Virus record (IMG/VR): IMGVR_UViG_3300042558_004148
Location: 124,001-188,000 of that record
Direction: 5' to 3' (one strand)
DNA: 64,000 bases
This document shows, one piece after another, positions 47,991 to 58,116 of the stretch. Under the pieces are notes generated by a model, which was not told where the DNA came from, searched no databases, and was given only the letters and a program-made list of their open reading frames with translations. The position numbers and the translations under genes were made by a program. Every line of letters begins with the position of its first letter. Position 1 is the stretch's first letter.

Positions 47991-48218
47991 ATGAAAAAGA
48001 CAAGAGTAATAGCAGCCTTAAAAGCTCAGGCATTAGCAGACAGAGAAAAAGCATTAATGGCTTTAGATTTATTGGAGAACCAGGCAGTTGGTATCGGAGA
48101 TCATACAGCGAATGATTTTTTAAAGGATGCCACTGAATCATTACAGTTATTAGCGGAAGCTGAGGATAGACTGGATATGATCAAAAAGTATTTTAGCGGT
48201 GGTGAATCTTCTTCCTAA
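47991..48218 (+). CDS. hypothetical helical-hairpin protein
   Basis: Two helices around VGIGDH. Confidence 0.55.
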   Translation: MKKTRVIAALKAQALADREKALMALDLLENQAVGIGDHTANDFLKDATESLQLLAEAEDRLDMIKKYFSGGESSS

Positions 48219-48222
48219 AAAT

Positions 48223-48435
48223 ATGGGGACGTTCATTAAAAAAACTATTTGTAAGATTCGTGGACATAAATATTCCTATAATTTTGGATGGATGCCAACC
48301 AAATGTACATGCAAGAGATGCGGGATGAAATGGAAGACCGTTAATAATCCAGAGTACATTCCAGGTAAATCAAATCCACTAGAGATTGATATTTATACAT
48401 GGGTAGAGGATGATCAAAATAGTGTCAATGAGTGA
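48223..48435 (+). CDS. small Cys/His zinc-finger-like protein
   Basis: ICKIRGHKY...CKRCG. Confidence 0.5.
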   Translation: MGTFIKKTICKIRGHKYSYNFGWMPTKCTCKRCGMKWKTVNNPEYIPGKSNPLEIDIYTWVEDDQNSVNE

Positions 48436-48580
48436 AATAAACCTAGTTGAGGAGGAATTATGGGATCACTACAGTGGATTACCAAATCCTCTATGGTATC
48501 AATACAAAAAAGAATTGGTCAATGAAGAGGATGATACAAGTGATAGTCCTGATTTGGGAAATGATGTTAAAGAGATTTAA
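48428..48580 (+). CDS. small hypothetical protein
   Basis: 50-aa ORF MSEINLVEEELWDHYSGLPNP... fills the gap; not in the track. Confidence 0.45.
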   Translation: MSEINLVEEELWDHYSGLPNPLWYQYKKELVNEEDDTSDSPDLGNDVKEI

Positions 48581-48598
48581 ACGAAGAAAGAAAAGTAT

Positions 48599-48793
48599 AT
48601 GGGAATTGTAAATAAAATAAAGGAGCATGTTCGTGTTTTATTTTCGGTGGAAGATTCAAATTATGATTTTGTGTCTGTTCTTAATGATGAGAGTGGCTAT
48701 GAATTTATTAGCTGCGAAAGAATTGAAAATGTAACTAATTCTAGCTGGCCTAAATGGTCAATTATTATAAACTATAAAAGATATAAGAAATGA
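48599..48793 (+). CDS. hypothetical protein
   Basis: Packed ORF. Confidence 0.4.
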   Translation: MGIVNKIKEHVRVLFSVEDSNYDFVSVLNDESGYEFISCERIENVTNSSWPKWSIIINYKRYKK

Positions 48794-50010
48794 ATAGGTT
48801 GGACAAACAATACCAAGAACTCCTACAGGATATTCTCGATAATGGGGTAACAAAAGGTGATAGAACCGGAACTGGAACAATCTCAGTATTCGGAAGACAA
48901 ATCAGACACAAAATGTCAGAAGGATTCCCTTTACTTACAACCAAAAAAATGCCATGGAAAACAATCGTAACAGAATTACTTTGGTTCTTACGCGGTGATA
49001 CAAACATCAAATTCCTTGTTGATAATAATTGTCATATTTGGGATGGTGATGCTTATAAGAATTATAAATTAAAAGCAGAGGGTTCTTCCACTTATAGTAA
49101 AATGTCAGAAAAAGAATTTATTCAATGGATTAAAATGGATAAAGCATTTGCTGCAGAATGGGGAGAATTAGGTCCAATTTATGGTAGGCAGTGGAGACAA
49201 TGGGGAGGATTACAAGATTTAACAGATGACAGTAAACCTATCTATTTAGACCAAATCCAAAATCTAATTAACGATCTTAAAACAAACCCAGATTCTAGAC
49301 GATTAATGGTTAATGCTTGGAATGTTGGAGAATTAGACCAAATGGTTTTACCACCTTGTCATTATGGGTTTCAAGTTTATACAAGAGAGTTGAGTTTGAA
49401 TGAAAGAGGTGAATTGTTTAGAAAAACATATCCAAACAAATCCGTTGATGACTTCAAACCAAATGGAATGGAAATACAATCAATGACACACCAATTAGAC
49501 ACGAGATACACTAATGCAAATATTCCAAAAAGAACAATCTCTCTAATATGGAATCAACGTTCAGTAGATACATTCTTAGGTTTACCCTTTAACATTGCTT
49601 CTTATGGTTTGTTATTAGAAATCATTGCTAGGGAAGTTAACATGGTTCCTGATGAATTGATTGGAAATCTTGGTGATGTTCACTTATATTCAAATCATAT
49701 TGAACAAGCAGAGGAACAGATTGGACGAGATTTAACTGATGAGGAGAGATATAATATTTGGTTTAATAATAATTACGAAACAGGAATGGAAAGATATTTT
49801 AATCCAAATGATTTACCGGATTTTGATAATGACTATTATACTTCAACGCCAAAAAGAACAAGAGAACCATATCTATTACCCACATTACAAATCATGGATT
49901 ATGATTCGGGACTTACAATCTTAGGAAGCATGGAAAACTGGGGATCTGATGATTTTGTTATCAAAAACTATCAATCACATACCGCAATTAAAGCACCCTT
50001 AAGTAACTAA
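48790..50010 (+). CDS. thyA: thymidylate synthase (canonical, with insertions)
   Basis: DRTGTGT, FPLLTTK, ELLWFLRG, GPIYGRQWR, DSRR, LPPCH, QRSVDTFLGLPFN, DVHLY. Confidence 0.96.
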   Translation: MNRLDKQYQELLQDILDNGVTKGDRTGTGTISVFGRQIRHKMSEGFPLLTTKKMPWKTIVTELLWFLRGDTNIKFLVDNNCHIWDGDAYKNYKLKAEGSSTYSKMSEKEFIQWIKMDKAFAAEWGELGPIYGRQWRQWGGLQDLTDDSKPIYLDQIQNLINDLKTNPDSRRLMVNAWNVGELDQMVLPPCHYGFQVYTRELSLNERGELFRKTYPNKSVDDFKPNGMEIQSMTHQLDTRYTNANIPKRTISLIWNQRSVDTFLGLPFNIASYGLLLEIIAREVNMVPDELIGNLGDVHLYSNHIEQAEEQIGRDLTDEERYNIWFNNNYETGMERYFNPNDLPDFDNDYYTSTPKRTREPYLLPTLQIMDYDSGLTILGSMENWGSDDFVIKNYQSHTAIKAPLSN

Positions 50011-50024
50011 AAATAATATAGCAT

Positions 50025-50246
50025 ATGAGCGTAGAAGAAACCATGGAGCTTGTTTTGAAATCATCAAATTCCAATCCATATAGTGGTAGATTATCAAAAT
50101 TGGATAACTATATAGCAGCAATTGAATTATCGGAGCTCTGTAAACATTTTGCTAAAAAAGGACAAATTGAAGAAGCCATGAATTTGGATGCAGCTCATTG
50201 GGACGAAGTTATTGGTAGACTTAAATCACAACAAATAAAAATATAA
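50025..50246 (+). CDS. hypothetical protein
   Basis: Packed ORF. Confidence 0.5.
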   Translation: MSVEETMELVLKSSNSNPYSGRLSKLDNYIAAIELSELCKHFAKKGQIEEAMNLDAAHWDEVIGRLKSQQIKI

Positions 50247-50249
50247 GCA

Positions 50250-50642
50250 ATGGCACAAAAGATGGCAAAATATTATAATGAAGAAATAAGGGAATTAATA
50301 AGAGAATCGATTAAGACTAAATCTGCTGGTAATAAAAAATCAGATTTCGGTAAATTTAGTACCGATGTGAGATTAAACGAAAAATACTACAAAGGTAACA
50401 AGGGATGGGAAATATCAGAAAGCCCTAATAACAAAATCGTAGAGGATAAGTCTAGCAAGGATTCGATATTAAATCATCTTTTTATCTATGATATTACTAC
50501 GAAATTGGTTTTATTAGGTACTGAATTATTAGGCTCTGCTATAAAAAATGTTTATAAAAGTATCAGAAACTCGGAAGCTAAACCATCAAATATACAATTG
50601 AATAAATTAGAGGAAGTTAAATCTGCTATAAAAACAAAATAA
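50250..50642 (+). CDS. hypothetical protein
   Basis: Packed ORF. Confidence 0.5.
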   Translation: MAQKMAKYYNEEIRELIRESIKTKSAGNKKSDFGKFSTDVRLNEKYYKGNKGWEISESPNNKIVEDKSSKDSILNHLFIYDITTKLVLLGTELLGSAIKNVYKSIRNSEAKPSNIQLNKLEEVKSAIKTK

Positions 50643-50643
50643 T

Positions 50644-51090
50644 ATGATACTGGACATTTTTAAGAAAAAAAAATCAGTTGGATCATCCGGAGAGATGGAA
50701 GAGATAGCATCCGTAATAAAAACTAAAATACCAAAAAATCATAAACATGATACACCTACATTCATTAAGAGTAATACAATAGGTGGTCAGTTTAATGACA
50801 TGCCCATTGGTGACCGCAAAAACTTTAGTTGTAGCTCCGGATTTAAGAGTATGTCATGTAATATAGGAATTAGAAATTCCTGCTCAAGTTATATTGGGGT
50901 TCCTAGCGAAATAAAGGCCAAATTACTACGACACCCAATAATAATAATTGACAGCAAGGACGTAATAGATTTACCCGGATTTAGTTATATAGGAAATTCC
51001 ATGGCTGATGGTAATTCAATGTACCACTACATTAACGGTGATCTGAAACAACTGATAAAAATGGGATATAATTATGAGGAATTAATCTAA
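50644..51090 (+). CDS. hypothetical protein
   Basis: Packed ORF. Confidence 0.5.
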   Translation: MILDIFKKKKSVGSSGEMEEIASVIKTKIPKNHKHDTPTFIKSNTIGGQFNDMPIGDRKNFSCSSGFKSMSCNIGIRNSCSSYIGVPSEIKAKLLRHPIIIIDSKDVIDLPGFSYIGNSMADGNSMYHYINGDLKQLIKMGYNYEELI

Positions 51091-51096
51091 AGAATC

Positions 51097-51225
51097 ATGA
51101 AATTTATAAAATCTTTAAATTGGCAGGCAATAATAGTTTGGATAGTGATATTCTCAATAAGTTATCTACTTGGTAGATTATGGATAGCTCCACTGTTTAA
51201 ATTTATATCGGATAGTATAAATTAA
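51097..51225 (+). CDS. small single-TM peptide
   Basis: 42-aa ORF MKFIKSLNWQAIIVWIVIFSISYLLG...; not in the track. Confidence 0.45.
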   Translation: MKFIKSLNWQAIIVWIVIFSISYLLGRLWIAPLFKFISDSIN

Positions 51226-51440
51226 TATTGATTTCTATCAGGAAACATCGGATCAGGAAGTATTTCATGATCCTTTTTATTTTTTAGATATTCCATCGCG
51301 GTTCTACCTAATTGCTCCTCAAATGAAGGAAGACTATAGTCCAAATTACATGATCCCTCTGAACTTGAATTTGAGATACCAGGATTCATGGCTTCCAACC
51401 TTTTTATTATATGATCTAAATATTCCTTACTTGGCTTCAT
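51222..51440 (-). CDS. hypothetical protein
   Basis: GATATATA on the minus strand at 51445-51452, just upstream. Confidence 0.5.
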   Translation of the reverse strand: MKPSKEYLDHIIKRLEAMNPGISNSSSEGSCNLDYSLPSFEEQLGRTAMEYLKNKKDHEILPDPMFPDRNQY

Positions 51441-51455
51441 TTATTATATATCCAA

Positions 51456-51487
51456 TTTTTTTATACCGTATCTAATGATTATATTTG
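51456..51487 (+). promoter_or_regulatory. Bacteroidota-type early promoter
   Basis: TTTTTTTATACCG-N11-TATATTTG. Confidence 0.65.
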
Positions 51488-51550
51488 CATACTAATAAAT
51501 AGGAAAGCGAAACAAAAACTATAAAGTCCCTTTAATAATAAAAAGATAAC

Positions 51551-52021
51551 ATGGAATATTCCAGATTTGCAGAGATTATATTAAGACTCAAAAAACAGCA
51601 AGAAAAATCTGATGCAGCTTATAAATTGAAGATAGATCTGATAGACTTTAATGACGATCTAAATCGTATAATAGATATACTGATCAGAGAGGTTTATGGT
51701 GACGAAGGATATGATTGGTTTAGTTGGTTTTGTTACGAGAGTGACTTTGGAGAGAAAGATTGGAGTCTATTTCCATGCTATAAAATGATCGATGGTAAGA
51801 TGGTTAAGATCCATGAGGAAGGGGAAATAAGATATGGAGCAAGTGACGAGGATGGGAATCCAATATGTCATTCAGTCGAATCCACATGGGAGTATCTCGA
51901 GACAAATTATTCGAATAACAAAAAGAAAACAAATAAACCAAAGAAAGGTGAATCCATATGGGAAGACCTTGCTAAGGATTTTGGAACAGATAATAAAAAC
52001 AAAGGAAAGAAAGATGAATAA
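51551..52021 (+). CDS. hypothetical protein
   Basis: DWFSWFCYESDFG motif, common in phage early genes. Confidence 0.55.
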   Translation: MEYSRFAEIILRLKKQQEKSDAAYKLKIDLIDFNDDLNRIIDILIREVYGDEGYDWFSWFCYESDFGEKDWSLFPCYKMIDGKMVKIHEEGEIRYGASDEDGNPICHSVESTWEYLETNYSNNKKKTNKPKKGESIWEDLAKDFGTDNKNKGKKDE

Positions 52022-52289
52022 GACTCTAACTATTTTTTTAATCACTATCTCTACTGTGGCATATTCACAAAGGAGAGAAACACCTCAAGCACCAGTAAAG
52101 TTTGCTGATTTTGCATATGCAACCGAATCTAGGGACACGCTCTTCCTTGCGGAGAATGATCCAAGTTCCATCAATACGATGAAGGTCTGGAATGCTGATC
52201 CCGAATGGAACGGAACAAATCCGGTTATTATTATGATACCGCAGGTTGATCTTGACAGAAAAAAGAAGGCTCTTTTGCCAAAATATTAA
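52014..52289 (+). CDS. secreted hypothetical protein
   Basis: Signal peptide MNKTLTIFLITISTVAYS-Q. Confidence 0.5.
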   Translation: MNKTLTIFLITISTVAYSQRRETPQAPVKFADFAYATESRDTLFLAENDPSSINTMKVWNADPEWNGTNPVIIMIPQVDLDRKKKALLPKY

Positions 52290-53297
52290 ATGAGAAAGAT
52301 AATAGAAGATCTTATATTAACCAACAGAAGGATTAAAATAATAAAAAAGAAAGATATGCTAGAAAACAGATACCTATCAGATGATGAATTAAGACATCCC
52401 CATGAGGAGGAGGAGACGGAAAAAATTAATTTTCATCAATGGTCAATAGTTGGCGATGGAAGCTTCTTACCTTCACCAGAAACTGTCAGAGCTCTAAAGC
52501 CTGGATTATATGAACCCCAATATAATAACAGATCTGGTGAATGGGCGATAAGAAGACAGCAGATAAACACCGATGAGCTATACGAATTGCCAACTAAGGA
52601 GATTGCAGTAATTCTAAATGATCTTAAAAGCTTCTGGGAAAGAAGAGAGACATATTCTAAATATAAGCTGATGCACAAAAGAGGAATTCTTTTATATGGA
52701 GATCCTGGAGCGGGTAAATCAGGTATACTGCAGCTGTGTATGAAACACATCATCGAGGAGCTTAGCGGTTTAGTTATTAATATAAAAGACGAGGATACAG
52801 TTAGAGGTTATTTAGATCTTGTCCCTAAATTAAGACAAATCGAACCAATCAGACCGATTGTAGTTATTATTGAGGATATTGATTCAATCGCAGGAGAAAG
52901 CAGCTACATCACTTCACAGCTTCTTAATATGCTGGATGGTATTAAACAGATAGAAAATGTTGTTTATATTGCAACAACTAATTACCCAGAAAAATTGGAA
53001 GAGCGTATTACAAATCGTCCATCAAGATTTGATAGAAGATATTATATTGCTCCACCAAGTAATGAGGTAAGAAAAGCATATCTGGAAAGAAAACTTGGTG
53101 AGGATGCTAAAGTTGATATTGAGAGATGGGTTTCTGATACAGATGGAATGTCGATGTCACACCTTAAGGAGCTATTCATTTCAGTATTCCTTCTGGATGT
53201 AGCATATGACGATGCTATAGACCATCTTAAGGAGATGAAGAAAAAACCTAGAGGTAAAGGTCAGAAGAGCGTTGGTTTTGGTAATTCATCAAATTAA
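52290..53297 (+). CDS. AAA+ ATPase
   Basis: Walker A GDPGAGKS, Walker B IIEDID, TTNYPE.L, RPSRFD. Confidence 0.9.
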   Translation: MRKIIEDLILTNRRIKIIKKKDMLENRYLSDDELRHPHEEEETEKINFHQWSIVGDGSFLPSPETVRALKPGLYEPQYNNRSGEWAIRRQQINTDELYELPTKEIAVILNDLKSFWERRETYSKYKLMHKRGILLYGDPGAGKSGILQLCMKHIIEELSGLVINIKDEDTVRGYLDLVPKLRQIEPIRPIVVIIEDIDSIAGESSYITSQLLNMLDGIKQIENVVYIATTNYPEKLEERITNRPSRFDRRYYIAPPSNEVRKAYLERKLGEDAKVDIERWVSDTDGMSMSHLKELFISVFLLDVAYDDAIDHLKEMKKKPRGKGQKSVGFGNSSN

Positions 53298-53303
53298 TCT
53301 GAG

Positions 53304-53633
53304 ATGAGCGGGGGAGCATTTGATTATAATCAATATAAGATAGGCTATATAGCTGATCAGATAGAACATGAGATTGAAAGAAGCGGAAGACCTAAGACTC
53401 AGGAGGAGATAAAGGACGATTTTAGAGATCCTAGTTGGTACGAAAAGTACCCGGAGGATCTAAACCATTACCAATATCCCGATGACGTCATAAACGAGTT
53501 TAAAAATGCCGTTAAAGCGCTTAGAATAGCGGAAGTCTATGCTCAAAGAGTTGATTGGCTGCTAAGCGGAGACGATGGAGAAGAAAGTTTTAGAACTAGA
53601 CTTTATGAGGAGTTAAATAAATTAGAAAAATAG
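53304..53633 (+). CDS. hypothetical protein
   Basis: MSGGAFDY...DWLLSGDDGEESF, a phage-type small protein. Confidence 0.6.
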   Translation: MSGGAFDYNQYKIGYIADQIEHEIERSGRPKTQEEIKDDFRDPSWYEKYPEDLNHYQYPDDVINEFKNAVKALRIAEVYAQRVDWLLSGDDGEESFRTRLYEELNKLEK

Positions 53634-53637
53634 AAAT

Positions 53638-53901
53638 ATGAAAAAAGTATTAGCAATCGCTTTAGTAGCTATCACATTAGCTTCATGCACAGAAAATGCT
53701 CGAGTAAAATCTTGGGGCGGAGAAGGTACAATCAATTTACCCAAAGGACAAAAATTAGTTACCATCACTTGGAAAGAAACTCAAGTTTGGTATTTAACAC
53801 GTCCGATGAATTCAACAGATAAAGCAGAAACTTACAAATTCCAGGAGGAATCAAGTCTTGGTGTAATGGAAGGAACATATAATATCGTTGAGACCAAATA
53901 A
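53638..53901 (+). CDS. lipoprotein
   Basis: Lipobox LASC after a hydrophobic signal. Confidence 0.7.
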   Translation: MKKVLAIALVAITLASCTENARVKSWGGEGTINLPKGQKLVTITWKETQVWYLTRPMNSTDKAETYKFQEESSLGVMEGTYNIVETK

Positions 53902-53910
53902 ATTACTAAT

Positions 53911-54168
53911 ATGAAAACTCACACAAGGGGTAATATCATAGTGGAAGACATCAAGATTGGTGATATACACTATGAATATGAATACGGGGTAGGTATTAAA
54001 TGTGAGGTGATAAGCTTGCCTGAATTGAATGCTGAGGGACAATATGAGTGGAAGAGCAAAAATATTAATAGTGGAAAAGTGATAGATTATTTAGTTGATC
54101 CTAAATACTCACATTACTCGGCTAATCTATACGATTACGAGGCTTATAAAGTTAATACTTATCTATGA
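53911..54168 (+). CDS. hypothetical protein
   Basis: Packed ORF. Confidence 0.5.
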   Translation: MKTHTRGNIIVEDIKIGDIHYEYEYGVGIKCEVISLPELNAEGQYEWKSKNINSGKVIDYLVDPKYSHYSANLYDYEAYKVNTYL

Positions 54169-54800
54169 TGAAGAATAAAGGAATATTATGGAACAAGCAC
54201 GGGTGGATAATTGAATATACCACCTATGGAGGTCCTGGAAAGGAATCAATAAGATCCGTTGTTCTTATTGATTCAGACAAGTCAGATCATAGATTATTGG
54301 AATTGGAGGGCAAGGAAGTTTCATTCTACCACTTAAAGATTAATCCATTAGGAAGACAGGTAGATCCTTTTGATTTAACGCAGAATCAATCTGGATGCAA
54401 ATGGGTTGCTAGAATAGAATTTAGTGAAACCATCCCTGTCATTGATGAGCCGGTTAAGAATAAAAAATCCAGAGAATATATTCTATGTGCTGCGATCTGG
54501 TACAAAGACATTACTCTGAAAAAAGAAATTCCACAAGTTCTACCAAAGAATTGCGATAGAGGTTTGGTGGTGTTAGGGCATAGGCACGGACAGGCTATGT
54601 GGACCATGAGCTGTCTAACCGGACTAAGAAGTGTTGAAAATGCTGAAGATGGTGTTGGAGAACATGAGCAGGGATTCCTAACGAATACAAATAGATTTGT
54701 TGGACGTGAGGAAGCACTGGAAATTGCGATTAGAGAAGATCAAGTTATGGATCACAATGAAATCAGAGGAGATAGATTATTCTCCGAGGACCTATATTAA
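54165..54800 (+). CDS. hypothetical protein
   Basis: C-half CAAI...GHRH...QGFLT..NRFV.REEA motif. Confidence 0.55.
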   Translation: MMKNKGILWNKHGWIIEYTTYGGPGKESIRSVVLIDSDKSDHRLLELEGKEVSFYHLKINPLGRQVDPFDLTQNQSGCKWVARIEFSETIPVIDEPVKNKKSREYILCAAIWYKDITLKKEIPQVLPKNCDRGLVVLGHRHGQAMWTMSCLTGLRSVENAEDGVGEHEQGFLTNTNRFVGREEALEIAIREDQVMDHNEIRGDRLFSEDLY

Positions 54801-54811
54801 TATTAAATGTT

Positions 54812-55381
54812 ATGAAAATTTTGTTCCTGGATAATGACGGAGTAATATGTCTTCATAATAATTGGGGAGGCAGAACGAAAAAGTGGTCTAAATATAGATC
54901 GGCTAATCCTGAGAGTAGTCCAAATTTAAAAGATGCACCAGTCGAAATCCGTTTTGATGATTTTGATAAAAAAGCAATCAAGATTCTAAATGAGATACTT
55001 CAGGAGACCGGTGCTGAAATTGTTGTGAGCTCGGATTGGAAACTTCATGCAACACTAGAGGAGCTTGGTGATTACTATGAAGCACAGGGTATTATTAAAA
55101 GACCCATTGCAATTACACCAAATTTGGATGAATTTGATCCAAATGCCAACGACCTGTTTGTGTGGAAATGGTGGTTGGAAAAAAAGAGAATATTGGAGAT
55201 CCAGGAGTATCTTGAAAAAAATCCCGATATAACACATTGGGTTGCTATCGACGATCTTAATATGAGTCCAGGAGCAAACGGTGGATATGGGTTAGAAAAC
55301 TTTGTTCTAACACCAAGATCGACTGAAGGAATTAAACAATTGGGAATTAAAGAAAAAATAAATAATTTTTTAACTAAATAA
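54812..55381 (+). CDS. HAD-family phosphatase (Swiss-Army-Knife RNA-repair type)
   Basis: FLDNDGV, IVVSSDW, EI..YL, WVAIDD. Confidence 0.8.
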   Translation: MKILFLDNDGVICLHNNWGGRTKKWSKYRSANPESSPNLKDAPVEIRFDDFDKKAIKILNEILQETGAEIVVSSDWKLHATLEELGDYYEAQGIIKRPIAITPNLDEFDPNANDLFVWKWWLEKKRILEIQEYLEKNPDITHWVAIDDLNMSPGANGGYGLENFVLTPRSTEGIKQLGIKEKINNFLTK

Positions 55382-55390
55382 TAATAAATA

Positions 55391-56131
55391 ATGATTAAAT
55401 TTTTAAAAAGAGTCTTGAGACTCAATCGAGCATTGAAAGAAGAAAATGCTCTTTTTGGTACGCCTTCATCGAATGATGGACTAGACGAAACTTTCCTGTT
55501 TGACTTTAAAAATTACAGCTCCGGATACAGAGGCGGAACCGGAATAAATACATTTCTGACCGTCGGATCATCCTTATCTAGTGATGATAGCAAAGACTCC
55601 GAACCTGTATCTAAGAAAATAGCAATGAAGCCAATTGATATCTTGGGTGAATTGGAAACTATACCAACTCCTTGGACTATGGCTAATCTAGATGACAAAA
55701 TCGAAGTTCTTAAATACAAGAGAGATTTGATCACTCAAAAGTATTCACGCAGAGAAGTAGAAGCTCTAATCGAAAGACTAGAAAACCGTAAGAAGTATGA
55801 CAAATTCCACGCTTTTTTCAACGGTTTTCAAAACACTACTGACGAGAAGATTGATGTCTTACTAGAAAAGTATGATGTAGTCATGAACACTTCGGATCTA
55901 TTTGTCCCAGAATTTCCAGATGATGCTATACAGACCATGAAAAGCTACACTGATAATATGATGAAGCTTTGTAAAAAGAAGCCAGTATTCTATGTTATTG
56001 CTGAACCTGATAAATTTAGAAAAGCATATGAAAAAAGGGATCCTATTTTATTAGTACAGAGTCCATTTGGATTTTATTGGCAAATTTTGGGTGCCTGGGA
56101 TAAAGAAATGATGCTTTTGAGCGAACTGTAA
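55391..56131 (+). CDS. hypothetical protein
   Basis: Long ORF with C-terminal DPILLVQSPFG..W.ILGAWD. Confidence 0.6.
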   Translation: MIKFLKRVLRLNRALKEENALFGTPSSNDGLDETFLFDFKNYSSGYRGGTGINTFLTVGSSLSSDDSKDSEPVSKKIAMKPIDILGELETIPTPWTMANLDDKIEVLKYKRDLITQKYSRREVEALIERLENRKKYDKFHAFFNGFQNTTDEKIDVLLEKYDVVMNTSDLFVPEFPDDAIQTMKSYTDNMMKLCKKKPVFYVIAEPDKFRKAYEKRDPILLVQSPFGFYWQILGAWDKEMMLLSEL

Positions 56132-56154
56132 TTAAATAAACTGATATATACTGC

Positions 56155-57564
56155 ATGGAAAAAGTATATAATTTTAATCAGTTTTCAAAACTGTACGAAT
56201 CGCAATCTTCTAATTTACAAAATATTATAATTGGAGATTCTCTAACCCCGCTAATTGCTAAGAATTCTATTGATGTGGATATTTTAGGTCCGGTTGGATC
56301 TGAAGCTAACTTATGGAAATCCGGTGTTAATACAGAATGGCTTAAAAAAGCTGTTGCTAAATTTCCAACAACACAATCCATCAAGAATGTAGTAATAAAA
56401 ATTGGTACTAATAGCGGATTTAGTATCAGGGATGACGTGAGAGGTCTATTTATAGAGCTAAGAAGGGCATTCCCAGAAGCCAAATTCTTTGTGGTACAGG
56501 GATCTTGGGGATGGGGGAATAACAAGAATGTTACTGCTGCCAAAGTGAAAGCTTATTATGAGCTTTTCTCTAAAGAGGGAGCAACGGTAATAGAACCGCC
56601 AGTTGGATATTCACCAACATCTGCAAAGGCACATAGTGAAACTCAAGCAATTAAGGAGATCGGTAAGAATTTAGACCTTGCTATACAGGAGAGTGTAAAT
56701 AATTCAATTTTGGAAACCCCGACACTGACAGATTCAGAGATAATTGTAAGAAAGGGTGATCCATATAAATATAAGGTTGTTAATGATCATTGGTTAGCTA
56801 AGAGAGACGACCAGTCAAGATGGTATGAAATTACAGGTAAGGATTTCAAACCAGGATTTCAGGTATCCATAAATATTCTAGATTCAGAAAATCCAACGCT
56901 TAGATCAAACGTTGCACCAAAGAGAGAAAATAGAATTAAATCAGGAGAGGTTAACAAGGATATTGAAACTGACGAAACATTTCTACCACTAGGTCTCGGT
57001 GCTGATCCAGAAAAGATAGATCCTAGAATTGCAGAAAAATATAATTTCCATATAATCCCGGACGGTAAAAAAACTAATTACAGGAGTGCTCAGTTTCCTC
57101 TTGATATCATGAGGAACGTTTATACTAAATATAACGTTAAAAACGTAATTAGGTTAAATGATGATGGGAAGGATGGTAAACATCTACCTCTTCAGAGATC
57201 AGTTTCAATAGAAAAAGAGATGGAATTATGCAAAGAAATAGGATGCGATTTCTATAAGCTCTCGCCAACGGAAGATCAGGATAAGATAAATGAATTATTA
57301 TCCAAGGGAAACACACTAATACATTGTGCACATGGATCTGATAGAACTGGAGGATCTGTTGGGGGATATCTATATAAAACTAAATTAAATCCAGAATTAT
57401 CTACCACTGAAAATATATGGAAATATACAACCCAATATAATGATTGGAATAGCATCGTTACTAAGAATCCGGATGATTTTTTGGATGATGTTTATTTGAA
57501 ACAAGCTCAGAAATTCGGAGTAAAAGATATAGAGGATGCAAAAAGACTCGCTAAACTAAATTAA
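56155..57564 (+). CDS. SGNH-like domain + protein-tyrosine/dual-specificity phosphatase fusion with capsid-targeting-like N-terminus
   Basis: IIIGDSL and IGTN (SGNH blocks); YRSAQ and IHCAHGSDRTG (CX5R); MEKVYNFNQFSKLYES; GATATATA at 56143. Confidence 0.75.
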   Translation: MEKVYNFNQFSKLYESQSSNLQNIIIGDSLTPLIAKNSIDVDILGPVGSEANLWKSGVNTEWLKKAVAKFPTTQSIKNVVIKIGTNSGFSIRDDVRGLFIELRRAFPEAKFFVVQGSWGWGNNKNVTAAKVKAYYELFSKEGATVIEPPVGYSPTSAKAHSETQAIKEIGKNLDLAIQESVNNSILETPTLTDSEIIVRKGDPYKYKVVNDHWLAKRDDQSRWYEITGKDFKPGFQVSINILDSENPTLRSNVAPKRENRIKSGEVNKDIETDETFLPLGLGADPEKIDPRIAEKYNFHIIPDGKKTNYRSAQFPLDIMRNVYTKYNVKNVIRLNDDGKDGKHLPLQRSVSIEKEMELCKEIGCDFYKLSPTEDQDKINELLSKGNTLIHCAHGSDRTGGSVGGYLYKTKLNPELSTTENIWKYTTQYNDWNSIVTKNPDDFLDDVYLKQAQKFGVKDIEDAKRLAKLN

Positions 57565-57569
57565 TAAAT

Positions 57570-57857
57570 ATGAAATTAGAAGTAATTGATTTTTATGCTG
57601 AATGGTGTGGACCATGTAAAGCAATGGCTCCAGCTTTCGAGAGCTTAAAAAGTGAATATCCGGAAGGAAATGATAGTGGTGTAGTTATTACTAAGCTTAA
57701 TGTTGATGAACATCAGGAAGTTGCTCAGAAATACTCCGTTAGAAATATACCAACCTTGGTTTACCTTAAAGATGGTGTTGAGGTACATCGAGTATCGGGA
57801 ATGCAAACTAAATCTGCTATGGATACAAAAATCAAAGAGATTTTAGCGGAAGCTTAA
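57570..57857 (+). CDS. trxA: thioredoxin
   Basis: DFYAEWCGPCK, VRNIPT. Confidence 0.93.
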   Translation: MKLEVIDFYAEWCGPCKAMAPAFESLKSEYPEGNDSGVVITKLNVDEHQEVAQKYSVRNIPTLVYLKDGVEVHRVSGMQTKSAMDTKIKEILAEA

Positions 57858-57875
57858 TATTTTCAAATATCAAAT

Positions 57876-57906
57876 AAAAAGGACACTAATATTAGTGTCC
57901 TTTTTT
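57876..57906. terminator. bidirectional terminator
   Basis: AAAAAGGACACTAAT/ATTAGTGTCCTTTTT between convergent genes. Confidence 0.8.
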
Positions 57907-57921
57907 GTATCCGGCATTTAA

Positions 57922-58062
57922 TTACCTTCCCTGACCTTTATAAGCTTTCTTATAATTCTTGGAGCTCTTATTTTTGGAAGTACCGCTCTTAGAGTGTCTG
58001 TCACAAGATGTGTTTGTTTTTTTAACAAACGAAACTGCTGATTGTGTTTTTGCCTTTGCCAT
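57922..58062 (-). CDS. small basic protein ending YKGQGR
   Basis: 46-aa ORF MAKAKTQ...KNYKKAYKGQGR missed by the track; AATATATA on the minus strand at 58091-58098. Confidence 0.65.
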   Translation of the reverse strand: MAKAKTQSAVSFVKKTNTSCDRHSKSGTSKNKSSKNYKKAYKGQGR

Positions 58063-58116
58063 TACGGGTTAATATTTTTTGAATTTTATCTATATATTTT
58101 TTTGATATAAAGTTTT

